64,000 nucleotides of DNA from Clostridia bacterium (GTDB lineage Bacteria; Bacillota; Clostridia; RGIG6154), in NCBI GenBank assembly GCA_045648505.1, contig JAZROD010000032.1, positions 722 through 64,721 of the forward strand, in the 5' to 3' direction. Under the pieces are notes generated by a model. The model did not search any database. It saw only the letters and a program-made list of their open reading frames with translations, and was not told where the DNA came from. Position numbers and translations under genes: made by a program. Numbering within the stretch: the first letter of the stretch is position 1; every line of letters starts with the position of its first letter. This document shows, in pieces, positions 35,829 to 44,290 of the stretch.

Positions 35829-36542
35829 ATGTTTGATTTCAGAGGAAAGGTTGCAGTTGTAACAGGTGGTGCAAATGGCATCGGAAAATGTATTGCAGAA
35901 GAATTTAAAAAATCAGGAGCAAATGTTTGCATAATCGACATTGCAGAAAATGAATATTTCACAGGAAACCTTGCGAAAAAAGATACAATTGAAAGCTTTG
36001 TAAAAAAGGTTATAAGTGATTATGGCAAAATTGATTTTCTTGTGAATAATGCAATACCAAAAATGTGCGGTATAAATGATGGAAGCTACGAAGATTTTGA
36101 ATATGCACTCAAAGTTGGCGTAACAGCACCTTTTTATCTGTCAAAACTTTTTGCACCATATTTTGCAAAAGGTGCAAGTATTGTAAATATATCTTCTTCA
36201 AGGGACAGAATGAGCCAACCACAGACAGAAAGCTATACAGCGGCCAAAGGCGGAATTTCGGCACTTACTCATGCACTTGCAGTAAGCTTTGCAGGAAAAG
36301 TAAGAGTTAACTCTGTATCACCGGGATGGATTGATACAGACTATAAAGAATATGAAGGTCCTGATGCAATTCAGCAACCTGTGGGCAGGGTGGGAAACCC
36401 TGATGATATTTCAAATATGGTGTTGTATCTGTGTTCTGATATGGCAGGATTTATAACAGGAGAAAATATCTGTATTGACGGTGGTATGACAAGGAATATG
36501 ATTTATCACGGAGATTTTGGCTGGCATCTTGATGCAGAATAA
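35829..36542 (+). CDS. SDR-family oxidoreductase
   Basis: TGGANGIGK cofactor motif, catalytic YTAAKGG, 237 aa. Confidence 0.85.
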   Translation: MFDFRGKVAVVTGGANGIGKCIAEEFKKSGANVCIIDIAENEYFTGNLAKKDTIESFVKKVISDYGKIDFLVNNAIPKMCGINDGSYEDFEYALKVGVTAPFYLSKLFAPYFAKGASIVNISSSRDRMSQPQTESYTAAKGGISALTHALAVSFAGKVRVNSVSPGWIDTDYKEYEGPDAIQQPVGRVGNPDDISNMVLYLCSDMAGFITGENICIDGGMTRNMIYHGDFGWHLDAE

Positions 36543-36572
36543 TTTAATGATTTAAGAATGTGAGAAAATTTA

Positions 36573-36848
36573 ATGGAAAATTGTTTTAAATATTATCAGA
36601 ATAAATCTTGTGAGTATTTTCCCTGTCATGAAAATGCAAATGAGAATTTTAATTGTATGTTTTGCTATTGTCCTTTGTATCCGCTTGGTGACAAATGTGG
36701 CGGAAACTATGAATATATAGATGATAAAATTAAAAATTGTTCGAATTGTCTGATTCCTCATAGTGACAAGGGATATGAATACATAAGCTCAAAATTAAGA
36801 GAAGTTTCTGAAATTGCAAAAGAAAATCATAATAAAGAATTTAAATAA
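36573..36848 (+). CDS. Cysteine-rich small domain protein (PF04071-like metal-binding protein)
   Basis: CEYFPCHENANENFNCMFCYCPLYPLGDKCGGNY...CSNCLIPH pattern. Confidence 0.65.
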   Translation: MENCFKYYQNKSCEYFPCHENANENFNCMFCYCPLYPLGDKCGGNYEYIDDKIKNCSNCLIPHSDKGYEYISSKLREVSEIAKENHNKEFK

Positions 36849-36873
36849 AATACACAGTAAAGGGGGAAGTGTT

Positions 36874-37737
36874 ATGTATAAAGTGGCAATACTTGGATGT
36901 GAAAATTCACATGCAAATCTATTTTTAAACCATATAAAATCAAGTGAATATAAGGACCTTATAGAATTCGTAGGCGTTTATAGCGATGAAATTGATGCTG
37001 CTAAAAAACTTTCTGAAGAATTTGGACTTTATGTTGCGGAGAATTATGATGAATTTGTAGGGAAGGTTGATGCAATAATTATTACCGCACGCCACGGAGA
37101 TAATCATTATAAATATGCTAAGCCATACATAAAAAGCGGTATTCCAATGTTTATAGATAAGCCAATCACATGCACAGAAGAAGATGCAAAAGAATTTATG
37201 GATGAGCTTGTTGAAAATAAAGTAAAAATTTGTGGTGGTTCAAGTTGTATTTTTGCAGATACTGTTCAGAAATATAAGAAAATTGTTGTACAGGAACAAT
37301 ACGGCAAAGTTTTAGGCGGATTCTTCAGAGCACCGCTTGTTGCGGACAGTCCTTATGGCGGTTTTTATTTCTATTCTCAGCATCTTGTGCAGATTATGAC
37401 AGAAATTTTTGGTAATTATCCTGATTCTGTTATTGCAACAGATAATGGAAAAAATGTGGAATGTATGGTTAAATACAACGATAAGATAGTGCACCTGTCT
37501 TTTGCAGATAATGTGTGGAACTATTATGCGTCAATAAGCTGTGAAGAAAAATGCGAAGGTGAAATGTTTGCAGGCGCATCAACATTTGCTTCAGAGTTTG
37601 AAGAATTCTACAAACTTATTTCAGAAGGAATGCAACCACAGGAATATAAAGACTTTTTCGCACCTGTTTATATTTTAACCGCAATTGAGCGTTCTTTAAA
37701 ATCAGGCAAAGAAGAAAAAATCAACAGATACGAATAA
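36874..37737 (+). CDS. Gfo/Idh/MocA-family oxidoreductase
   Basis: N-terminal Rossmann segment MYKVAILGCENSHANLF, with GDNHYKYAKPYIKSGIPMFIDKP. ATG 36874 lies behind RBS AAGGGGGAAG. Confidence 0.7.
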   Translation: MYKVAILGCENSHANLFLNHIKSSEYKDLIEFVGVYSDEIDAAKKLSEEFGLYVAENYDEFVGKVDAIIITARHGDNHYKYAKPYIKSGIPMFIDKPITCTEEDAKEFMDELVENKVKICGGSSCIFADTVQKYKKIVVQEQYGKVLGGFFRAPLVADSPYGGFYFYSQHLVQIMTEIFGNYPDSVIATDNGKNVECMVKYNDKIVHLSFADNVWNYYASISCEEKCEGEMFAGASTFASEFEEFYKLISEGMQPQEYKDFFAPVYILTAIERSLKSGKEEKINRYE

Positions 37738-37785
37738 CAAAAGTTCCCGAAACATATGCCGAGTGTACTAAAGGACACTCGGCAA

Positions 37786-37943
37786 CGATATTAATTTCTA
37801 ACGAAATTAGCGATATTACTGCGTAGCGATATTGTGCTTTACACAGCGATATTCCCTTCGGGAGTTAATTAATATCATATCGTTGCGAAGAAATATCGCT
37901 TTTGTGTAACAAAAATATCGTTCGAATGAATGTGAGAATATCG
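37786..37943. repeat. Array of eight CGATATT/AATATCG motifs: four direct copies, then four inverted
   Basis: CGATATT at 37786, 37811, 37827 and 37847. The inverted form is at 37876 (6-nt ATATCG partial match), 37892, 37914 and 37937. The array lies in a convergent intergenic spacer. Confidence 0.8.
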
Positions 37944-37945
37944 CT

Positions 37946-37978
37946 AAAATATAGCAACCGTTTCGGTTGCTATATTTT
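37946..37978. terminator. Perfect 15-bp stem hairpin (bidirectional terminator candidate)
   Basis: AAAATATAGCAACCG-TTT-CGGTTGCTATATTTT. Confidence 0.6.
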
Positions 37979-37984
37979 ACTTTT

Positions 37985-38014
37985 ATAACAAAGAAAGTGT
38001 CCTTACGGACACTT
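37985..38014 (-). terminator. Rho-independent terminator of the carD-like gene
   Basis: The minus strand has stem AAGTGTCC/GGACACTT followed by TCTTTGTT. Confidence 0.55.
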
Positions 38015-38031
38015 CTCATACGGCGGTTGTT

Positions 38032-38511
38032 TTATTTTGTAAGTAATGTTTTTATTTTATTATGTATATTTTCTTTCGTATCATCAGTAGCAAGAGTAAG
38101 CTCGCTTACTAAAATGTTTGTTGCATTTGTAAGCATCTTCTTTTCGCTTGTGGAAAGTGGTTTTTCCAATTCCCTTAATGCAAGTGAAGAAACAACCTTT
38201 GCTACTTCTTCAAGAGAACCTGTTTTCATTTTTCTTAAATTTTCACGGTATCTTTTATTCCAGTTGGAAGTATCTTCTTCTGTGTATTCAGAAATGAGAG
38301 AATAAATATTGTTTATGATATCTTTTTTGACAACAGGGCGCACGCCAATTGAATCCGCTGTGGCAACAGGGACAAGGTGAGTTGATTCAGTGCCTGAAAT
38401 TTCAAGAACATAATATTTCTGTATGTTTCCTAAAATTTCTTTTTCTTCAAATGCTTTGATTATACCGGCACCGTGCATAGGATAAACAATTTTCTCTCCA
38501 ATCTTATACAA
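38032..38511 (-). CDS. carD: CarD/CdnL-family RNA polymerase-binding transcription factor
   Basis: MYKIGEKIVYPMHGAGIIKAFEEKEILG...YYVLE is the CarD_CdnL_TRCF N-domain. TTG start behind GGAGG. Confidence 0.85.
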   Translation of the reverse strand: MYKIGEKIVYPMHGAGIIKAFEEKEILGNIQKYYVLEISGTESTHLVPVATADSIGVRPVVKKDIINNIYSLISEYTEEDTSNWNKRYRENLRKMKTGSLEEVAKVVSSLALRELEKPLSTSEKKMLTNATNILVSELTLATDDTKENIHNKIKTLLTK

Positions 38512-38554
38512 TCAGACTGCCTCCTTATGTCAAATTTTATTTAATCATACAATA

Positions 38555-38583
38555 ATTATAGCATAAATGTGGAAAAATGTCAA
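38555..38583 (-). promoter_or_regulatory. Consensus sigma-A promoter of carD
   Basis: Minus strand TTGACA, 17 nt, extended -10 TGCTATAAT. Confidence 0.75.
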
Positions 38584-38588
38584 AGATT

Positions 38589-39926
38589 TTATAGTAATTT
38601 TATGGCGTCAGAGATAGATTTTACGCCAAAAACACCGTTTTTGTCTTTAAGGTGGATAAAGTTGCCGTAAGGGATGATAATTTTTTCAAATCCCATCTTT
38701 TTTGCTTCGTTTATTCGAAGTTCAATTGAAGATACAGCACGGACTTCACCTGAAAGTCCCACTTCGCCGATTGCGATGGTTTTTGTGTCTATTATAATGT
38801 CTTTAAGTCCTGAATAAACCGCAAGAATAACTGCAAGGTCGGAAGAGGGTTCTGAAATTCTCATACCGCCTGCAACATTTACATAAATATCATTTATGCC
38901 GAGATTTAATTTGATTCTTTTTTCCAAAACCGCAAGAAGAAGCATAACCTTGTTGTAATCAAGTCCTGATGCAGTTCGTCTTGGGGAAGGGAAAAATGTG
39001 GGACATACAAGAGATTGTACTTCTGCAAGTATTGGTCTTGTTCCTTCAACCGTGCAGGTAATACAACATCCTGAACTTACCATATCGTGTTTTTCAAGAA
39101 GAGCGGATGATGGGTTCAAGACACCTTCAAGACCTGTATCGTGCATTTCAAAAATACCTATTTCATTTGTTGAGCCGAATCTGTTTTTTACTGCTCTTAA
39201 AATTCTGAAGTTTGTCTGTCTTTCACCTTCAAAATATAAAACACAGTCCACCATATGTTCAAGAACTCTCGGACCTGCAATAGCACCTTCTTTTGTAACA
39301 TGGCCAACTATAAAAACAGTGGTGCCGTTATTTTTTGCAACCTGCATAAGGGCAAGGGTTACTTCACGAATCTGACTTACGGTACCCGGTGCAGAAGAAA
39401 GGTCACCTGATGAAATAGTCTGCACAGAGTCTACAATTGCAATTTTAGGCTTGTTTTTTTCAATTGCATTAATTACATTTGAAAGGGAAGTGGTGCAAAG
39501 AAGCGATAACTTTTCGTTATTAACTTCAAGTCTTTTTGCACGAAGTTTAATCTGTGATGCAGATTCTTCGCCTGAAATATATAAAATATCTTCTTTTGCA
39601 TATTTGCAAATCTGAAGAAGAAGTGTTGATTTTCCTATGCCAGGTTCACCGCCCACAAGAACAAGAGAGCCTTCAACAATACCTCCGCCTAAAACTCTGT
39701 CCAGTTCCTTTATGGAGCTGGAGTATCTTATTTCGGTGTTAACCTTGATATCATTTATGGCAACAGGCTCGCTGAAAGAAACAGAAGTTTTTGATTTGGA
39801 AGATTTTTCTTCGGCAATAATTTCCTCCACAAGTGAATTCCATTCTCCGCAATCGGGACATTTTCCTGCCCATTTCGGGGAAGAATAACCGCAGGATGAG
39901 CATATATACATTGTTTTGCTTTTCAT
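38589..39926 (-). CDS. radA: DNA repair protein RadA (Sms)
   Basis: N-terminal zinc finger YICSSCGYSSPKWAGKCPDCGEWNS, Walker A GGEPGIGKST, KNRFG motif, Lon-like C-terminus. Confidence 0.95.
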   Translation of the reverse strand: MKSKTMYICSSCGYSSPKWAGKCPDCGEWNSLVEEIIAEEKSSKSKTSVSFSEPVAINDIKVNTEIRYSSSIKELDRVLGGGIVEGSLVLVGGEPGIGKSTLLLQICKYAKEDILYISGEESASQIKLRAKRLEVNNEKLSLLCTTSLSNVINAIEKNKPKIAIVDSVQTISSGDLSSAPGTVSQIREVTLALMQVAKNNGTTVFIVGHVTKEGAIAGPRVLEHMVDCVLYFEGERQTNFRILRAVKNRFGSTNEIGIFEMHDTGLEGVLNPSSALLEKHDMVSSGCCITCTVEGTRPILAEVQSLVCPTFFPSPRRTASGLDYNKVMLLLAVLEKRIKLNLGINDIYVNVAGGMRISEPSSDLAVILAVYSGLKDIIIDTKTIAIGEVGLSGEVRAVSSIELRINEAKKMGFEKIIIPYGNFIHLKDKNGVFGVKSISDAIKLL

Positions 39927-40090
39927 AAAACATATCTCGCCTTCATAAATATTACTACTTATAATTTACTATAAAGAATATAGTTTGTAAAGAAAAAAAT
40001 AAAAAAATAAAAAAAGACTTGCTTTTTTGAAAGTTTTGTAGTAATATTAATTGGTTGCAAAAAAATATAAATAATTTATGAGGTGTAAAA

Positions 40091-41326
40091 ATGGAAGGAT
40101 TCTTATATTTTGTAAGTGTAGTAATCCAGGTAGCAATGCTTATAATTGGCGGCTACTATACAGTAATTTCATTAGTTGGCTGTTTATTCAGAAAAGAACC
40201 TAAAGCAACAAACACAACAAATAAAACACATAAATTCGCACTTGTTGTTTCTGCTCACAATGAAGAAGTGGTAATTGGCAACTTGGTTGATTCTATGAAA
40301 AATATAAATTACCCTGAAGAAAGCTATGGCATCTTCGTAATTGCAGATAACTGCACAGATAATACTGCAGAAATCGCAAGACAGCACGGAGCACAGGTTT
40401 TCGAAAGATTCAATACAGAACTCAGAGGCAAGGGTCACGCTCTTGACTGGATGTTTGAAAAAATTTATGAAATGGACTATGATGCAATCTCTGTATTTGA
40501 TGCAGATAACATCGTTCATCCTGACTTCTTAAACCAGATGAACAAACAGTTCAATAAAGGATTTAAGGCTGTTCAGGGCTACATTGATACAAAGAATCCA
40601 TACGATTCTTGGATTTCACTTTCTTACGCAATTTCATTCTGGAGCATCAACAGAGTGTTCCAGTATGCAAGATACACACTCGGTATGTGCTGTCAGCTTT
40701 GCGGAACAGGCTTTGCAGTATCAACTGATGTTTTAAGAAAAATCGGTTGGGGAGCAACTTGTCTTGCAGAAGATATGGAATTCACAATGAAGCTTACTTT
40801 AAACGATATTAAAGTAGGCTGGGCACACGATGCCATTGTTTATGACGAAAAACCTCTTACACTTTCACAGTCATACAAACAGAGAGTAAGATGGATGCAG
40901 GGTCATGCAGATGTTTTCACAAGATTCTTTGTAAAGCTTATGAAAAAAGGCATTAAAGAAGGAAAAATTATTCCTGTTGATTGCGCTTGTTATCTTTTCC
41001 AGCCAATCAGACTTATCGCCCTTTTCTATATCACATTTATGAGTATTACACACACATTCTTCCCTGGAACTTTCTTCACATTTGGTGATGTAGTACCAAC
41101 ATTTATCTGGAACACAATTACAATTTGTCAGCTTTTATTTGTGCCTTGCACGCTTTTCTTTGAAGGCAGACTTAACTGGAAAGTAATTAAAGGTTATATC
41201 CCATATTACTTCTACACATTCACATGGTTCCCTATTGCGGTTGTTGGTGCATTTAAGAAGAATAACAAAGAATGGTTCCACACTCAGCATACAAGAACAA
41301 TTTCTCTTGCAGAAATTGAAAAATAA
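40091..41326 (+). CDS. Membrane-embedded processive family-2 glycosyltransferase (cellulose synthase/PgaC-like)
   Basis: N-terminal TM segment, VVSAHNEEVVI, DADN, QRVRWMQG (QxxRW) motif, C-terminal TM bundle. Confidence 0.8.
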   Translation: MEGFLYFVSVVIQVAMLIIGGYYTVISLVGCLFRKEPKATNTTNKTHKFALVVSAHNEEVVIGNLVDSMKNINYPEESYGIFVIADNCTDNTAEIARQHGAQVFERFNTELRGKGHALDWMFEKIYEMDYDAISVFDADNIVHPDFLNQMNKQFNKGFKAVQGYIDTKNPYDSWISLSYAISFWSINRVFQYARYTLGMCCQLCGTGFAVSTDVLRKIGWGATCLAEDMEFTMKLTLNDIKVGWAHDAIVYDEKPLTLSQSYKQRVRWMQGHADVFTRFFVKLMKKGIKEGKIIPVDCACYLFQPIRLIALFYITFMSITHTFFPGTFFTFGDVVPTFIWNTITICQLLFVPCTLFFEGRLNWKVIKGYIPYYFYTFTWFPIAVVGAFKKNNKEWFHTQHTRTISLAEIEK

Positions 41327-41337
41327 AGGAAGATTAT

Positions 41338-41610
41338 ATGAGTAAAAGAGTAAATGATGAAAATGTCTTAATCCTTCAGGACGAGGACGGCTCAGAAATC
41401 AAATTTGAAATAGTGGGCATCATAGAAGACGGCGAAGATAGTTATGCTGTTTTATATCCCCTTACAAAAGGTATAAATGAGTATGTAATCGTGAAATACC
41501 TCGGGGCAGATGAATATGAAGAAGAAATGTTTGAGATTGTCTATGAACTTGATATAATCGAAAAAATCTTCGAAACATATAAGAAAAATCACCCTGAAAT
41601 ATTCAAATAG
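41338..41610 (+). CDS. DUF1292-family small acidic protein
   Basis: DEDGSEIKFEIVGIIEDGEDSYAVLYPL pattern, 90 aa. Confidence 0.7.
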   Translation: MSKRVNDENVLILQDEDGSEIKFEIVGIIEDGEDSYAVLYPLTKGINEYVIVKYLGADEYEEEMFEIVYELDIIEKIFETYKKNHPEIFK

Positions 41611-41624
41611 GAAATGTTAAAATA

Positions 41625-41737
41625 CTCCAGACCGCAAAAAGGCAGTGAAAAATATTATAAATAATTTTAAACAGAACGAAGAAAAACCTCACATCGTGAG
41701 GTTTTTCTTTGATATAGAGCCTTTTTGCGGTCTGGAG
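41625..41737. repeat. 18-bp perfect inverted repeat enclosing an inner terminator hairpin
   Basis: CTCCAGACCGCAAAAAGG (41625-41642) pairs with CCTTTTTGCGGTCTGGAG (41720-41737). Confidence 0.8.
41682..41710 (+). terminator. Rho-independent terminator (GT2-DUF1292 operon)
   Basis: AAAAACCTCAC-ATC-GTGAGGTTTTT followed by CTTT. Confidence 0.8.
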
Positions 41738-41763
41738 CATTTTTCCTATTCCCTTGTAACGAA

Positions 41764-41808
41764 AGGCTGTTTAAAAACGAGGTTTTAAACAGCCTCTTTT
41801 ATTTTTCT
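41764..41808 (+). terminator. Second tandem terminator hairpin
   Basis: AGGCTGTTTAAAA/TTTTAAACAGCCT stem followed by CTTTTATTTTT. Confidence 0.6.
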
Positions 41809-41836
41809 TGCAAATACTTTTATGCTGTGTTATAAT
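41808..41836 (+). promoter_or_regulatory. Orphan near-consensus sigma-A promoter in a convergent spacer
   Basis: TTGCAA, 17 nt, extended -10 TGTTATAAT. No annotated gene lies downstream. Confidence 0.55.
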
Positions 41837-41842
41837 AACTTT

Positions 41843-41990
41843 GCTACACAAATGAATATTTTCATCTTAAAAGAGCAAATACTTTGGTAAAAGGTGTTTA
41901 CTCTGTTTAATCAGCTCTTTTAGGATGATTTATTTGTGTAGCAACAAAAGAGAAACACTTTTTCGGTGCGTCTCTTGGGGCGCACTTTTT
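41843..41990 (+). ncRNA. Candidate ~150-nt structured small RNA or cis-regulatory leader (no family recognised)
   Basis: It starts just after the orphan promoter. A long interrupted hairpin pairs 41841-41876 with 41914-41944 (stems of 13, 4 and 9 bp). An intrinsic terminator, GTGCGTCT-CTTG-GGGCGCAC plus TTTTT, lies at 41966-41990. Confidence 0.3.
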
Positions 41991-42006
41991 AATTGGAGAA
42001 AAATCT

Positions 42007-42171
42007 ATGAAATTAAACAGAAAAAAATATAAACCTCTTACCAAACCTACCCCAAAAATAAAAAAACAATACAGAGTGCATTTAATAATGACAGAAATGT
42101 GGCAAGAGGAGGTTGAAAAATATCCGTACCTGAAAGAATTAGACATAGGATATAACTTTTTTATACTATAA
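42007..42171 (+). CDS. Hypothetical 54-aa small ORF (speculative)
   Basis: Own translation: MKLNRKKYKPLTKPTPKIKKQYRVHLIMTEMWQEEVEKYPYLKELDIGYNFFIL. GGAG lies 7 nt upstream and a hairpin at 42178-42204 lies downstream. The ORF is A-rich, so it could be a chance ORF. Confidence 0.15.
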   Translation: MKLNRKKYKPLTKPTPKIKKQYRVHLIMTEMWQEEVEKYPYLKELDIGYNFFIL

Positions 42172-42201
42172 ATTAATAAGACTTTGCAATGTGGCAAAGT
42201 C

Positions 42202-43017
42202 TTATTTTGAAAGTATTGCATTTTTAAATATACTTAAGTCAGGCTCGGCGTTTTTTTCTTTTGTAAGGGAGTATTCCATTCCCACACTTTCGTATTTTGC
42301 ACCTGCCATCTGATTGTATGACAAAAGCTCAACTTGTGAAGAACCTACTATTTCTGATATTCCTCTTAAATTTTCTTCGGTATCTGTAATATCAGGAATT
42401 AAGGGAACTCTTATGATATAGGGAATACCACTGCTTTTTAAAAACTCAAAGTTCTTTAAAATAACATCGTTATAAACACCTGTAAATTCTTTGTGCTTTT
42501 CCCTGTCTGCTATTTTAATATCCATCATAACATAGTCAAAGCATTTTATTGTGCTTTGAAAAACATCTTCATCAGCATATCCGCTTGTCTGAATTGCTTT
42601 ATGGATGCCATCAAGCTTTGAACATACCTCTTTAACGAATTTGTGTTGAAGAAGAGGCTCACCGCCAGAAAATGTAACACCGCCATTGTTAAGCTCAAAA
42701 AAGTCTTTGTAAGACATAATCTTTTCAGCAAGCTCATCTGCTTCGTATTCAAGTCCGCAGATTCTTACAAGGTTTTTGGGGCATATTTTTATGCATCTTC
42801 CAAAAGGCTTGCACTCAATATGGTCGCAAGGCTTTCGGCACAAACCGCAGTTTGTGCATTGGGCAGTTTTAACAAGCAGTTGCTTTTCTCCTTTAAGACC
42901 TTCAGGGTTATGACACCATCTGCATCTTAAAGGACAACCCTTTAAAAACACCGTAACTCTGCCGCCGGGTCCGTCGTGGAGGGAAAATTCTTTTATATCA
43001 AAGATTGTTCCTGTCAT
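42202..43017 (-). CDS. Glycyl-radical enzyme activating protein (radical SAM with auxiliary ferredoxin-like clusters)
   Basis: The MTGTIFDIKEFSLHDGPGGR opening, CPLRCRWCHNPE (CX3CX2C), CTNCGLCRKPC and CIKICP. ATG 43017 lies 1 nt after the GH1 stop. Confidence 0.9.
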   Translation of the reverse strand: MTGTIFDIKEFSLHDGPGGRVTVFLKGCPLRCRWCHNPEGLKGEKQLLVKTAQCTNCGLCRKPCDHIECKPFGRCIKICPKNLVRICGLEYEADELAEKIMSYKDFFELNNGGVTFSGGEPLLQHKFVKEVCSKLDGIHKAIQTSGYADEDVFQSTIKCFDYVMMDIKIADREKHKEFTGVYNDVILKNFEFLKSSGIPYIIRVPLIPDITDTEENLRGISEIVGSSQVELLSYNQMAGAKYESVGMEYSLTKEKNAEPDLSIFKNAILSK

Positions 43018-43018
43018 A

Positions 43019-44272
43019 TCAATATTCCTTACCAAGACTTGGAAGCTTATCAAGATATTTTCTTAAGATTTCTTGAGTCATTCCTTTGTTTTCAATTATT
43101 TCTTTATAGAAATACGCACTCGTTTTAGGAGTTCTTTCAAATGTTTCAAAGTTACAGTCACAGAGACCGAATCGTGGTAAGTAGCTTCCCCATTCGTAAT
43201 TATCAAGCAAACTCCAATGGAGATAACCCTTAACATCTGCACCTGTGCGGATTGCTTCAGACAATGCGGATAAATGAAGTGCAAGATAAACTATTCTTTG
43301 TCTATCATCGTTGCAACAAACACCGTTTTCAGTTATAACAATAGGTTTATCCGTTAATCTGCTCAAGTTTGCGATCATAATTTCAGGATGCATTTCTTCC
43401 AGATAAAAGTCCTTGTTTATCAAACGGATTTTTTTATGTTCGTATCTTCCGCCCATAGGATTTACTTTTCTTGAATCTATCATTTCTCTTGTGTAACAGT
43501 TAATTGACCAGTAATCAACAGTGCCTTTTACATCAGGGTCGTATATGCCGTCCTCAAATGGCTGCAGAATTTCTCCTGTTCTCATTGAATGGAAGAAAAA
43601 TTCATGATACTTGAAATCAAGTTGCTGAGTCATTATATTATCCAGTTTATCGTATGGACGATATGGCATAAAATGAACAAGGGCATGAGCACTGCTTACA
43701 GGTGCATCTGAATACTTTTTAATTATGTGGTAACCAAGCGCATGGAATCTTATGTAATTTTTGCGGAAACCATAGTAATTGAATTCATTGCAAACATTCC
43801 AGTAATCAACATAAGGTGCAAGCTTTGGGGTTATGTATTCAACATATTTTTCAAAATATTTTCTGTTGTCAAGATTGTCAAAATGGCCTATTTTGTCAAA
43901 CCATAAAGGCCAGGTGAAATGAACGAGGGTAGCACAGGTTTTAAGACCTTTTTCTTTTGCGTATCTGAAAAGGTCAATGTAGTGTTCGGTTGCCTCTTTG
44001 TTGAAAATCCCGCACTCAGGTTCAACTCTGCACCATTCAATAGATGTACGGAATGCCTGATGCCCAAGAGATGCCGCAAGGTCAATATCCTGACGATAAA
44101 GCTCATAGCTGTTGCAGGCTTTTCCCGATAAATGTTCAAATTTACCTTCCATCTCTTCACGCCATATATTATTGTTTGTATTATTTCCTTCTACCTGATG
44201 TCCTGCGTATCCGCTACCAAAAAAGAAATCGGAAGGGAAGGAAAAGTCCTTCATAGAAAAAATGTCATACAT
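43019..44272 (-). CDS. Glycoside hydrolase family 1 (beta-glucosidase / 6-phospho-beta-glycosidase-like), leaderless
   Basis: FFFGSGYAGHQVEGNN, acid/base CNEFN, nucleophile VITENGV, WSLLDNYEW. Confidence 0.85.
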   Translation of the reverse strand: MYDIFSMKDFSFPSDFFFGSGYAGHQVEGNNTNNNIWREEMEGKFEHLSGKACNSYELYRQDIDLAASLGHQAFRTSIEWCRVEPECGIFNKEATEHYIDLFRYAKEKGLKTCATLVHFTWPLWFDKIGHFDNLDNRKYFEKYVEYITPKLAPYVDYWNVCNEFNYYGFRKNYIRFHALGYHIIKKYSDAPVSSAHALVHFMPYRPYDKLDNIMTQQLDFKYHEFFFHSMRTGEILQPFEDGIYDPDVKGTVDYWSINCYTREMIDSRKVNPMGGRYEHKKIRLINKDFYLEEMHPEIMIANLSRLTDKPIVITENGVCCNDDRQRIVYLALHLSALSEAIRTGADVKGYLHWSLLDNYEWGSYLPRFGLCDCNFETFERTPKTSAYFYKEIIENKGMTQEILRKYLDKLPSLGKEY

Positions 44273-44290
44273 TAGAACAATCTCCTTTAA

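Noticed and set aside
37786-37943. Possible CRISPR array
   Set aside because: The repeat unit is only 7-9 nt with 16-25 nt spacing and switches orientation. No cas genes occur anywhere in the window.
37816-38305. ORFs 37816-38019 (-) and 37967-38305 (+) in and around the repeat-rich spacer
   Set aside because: One runs through the motif array and hairpins, and the other is antisense to carD. Neither has an RBS or a credible composition.
39991-40040. Poly-A tracts (A7-A8 runs) in the radA/GT2 divergent region as a phase-variation switch
   Set aside because: The tracts lie outside coding sequence and outside a clearly defined promoter spacer. They are more simply explained as AT-rich curved or UP-element-like DNA.
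41907-42221. 104-aa minus-strand ORF in the 41.6-42.2 kb spacer
   Set aside because: It overlaps the activase stop region and the hairpins, has no RBS, and has a poor composition. The plus-strand promoter, structured RNA and terminator unit explains the region better.
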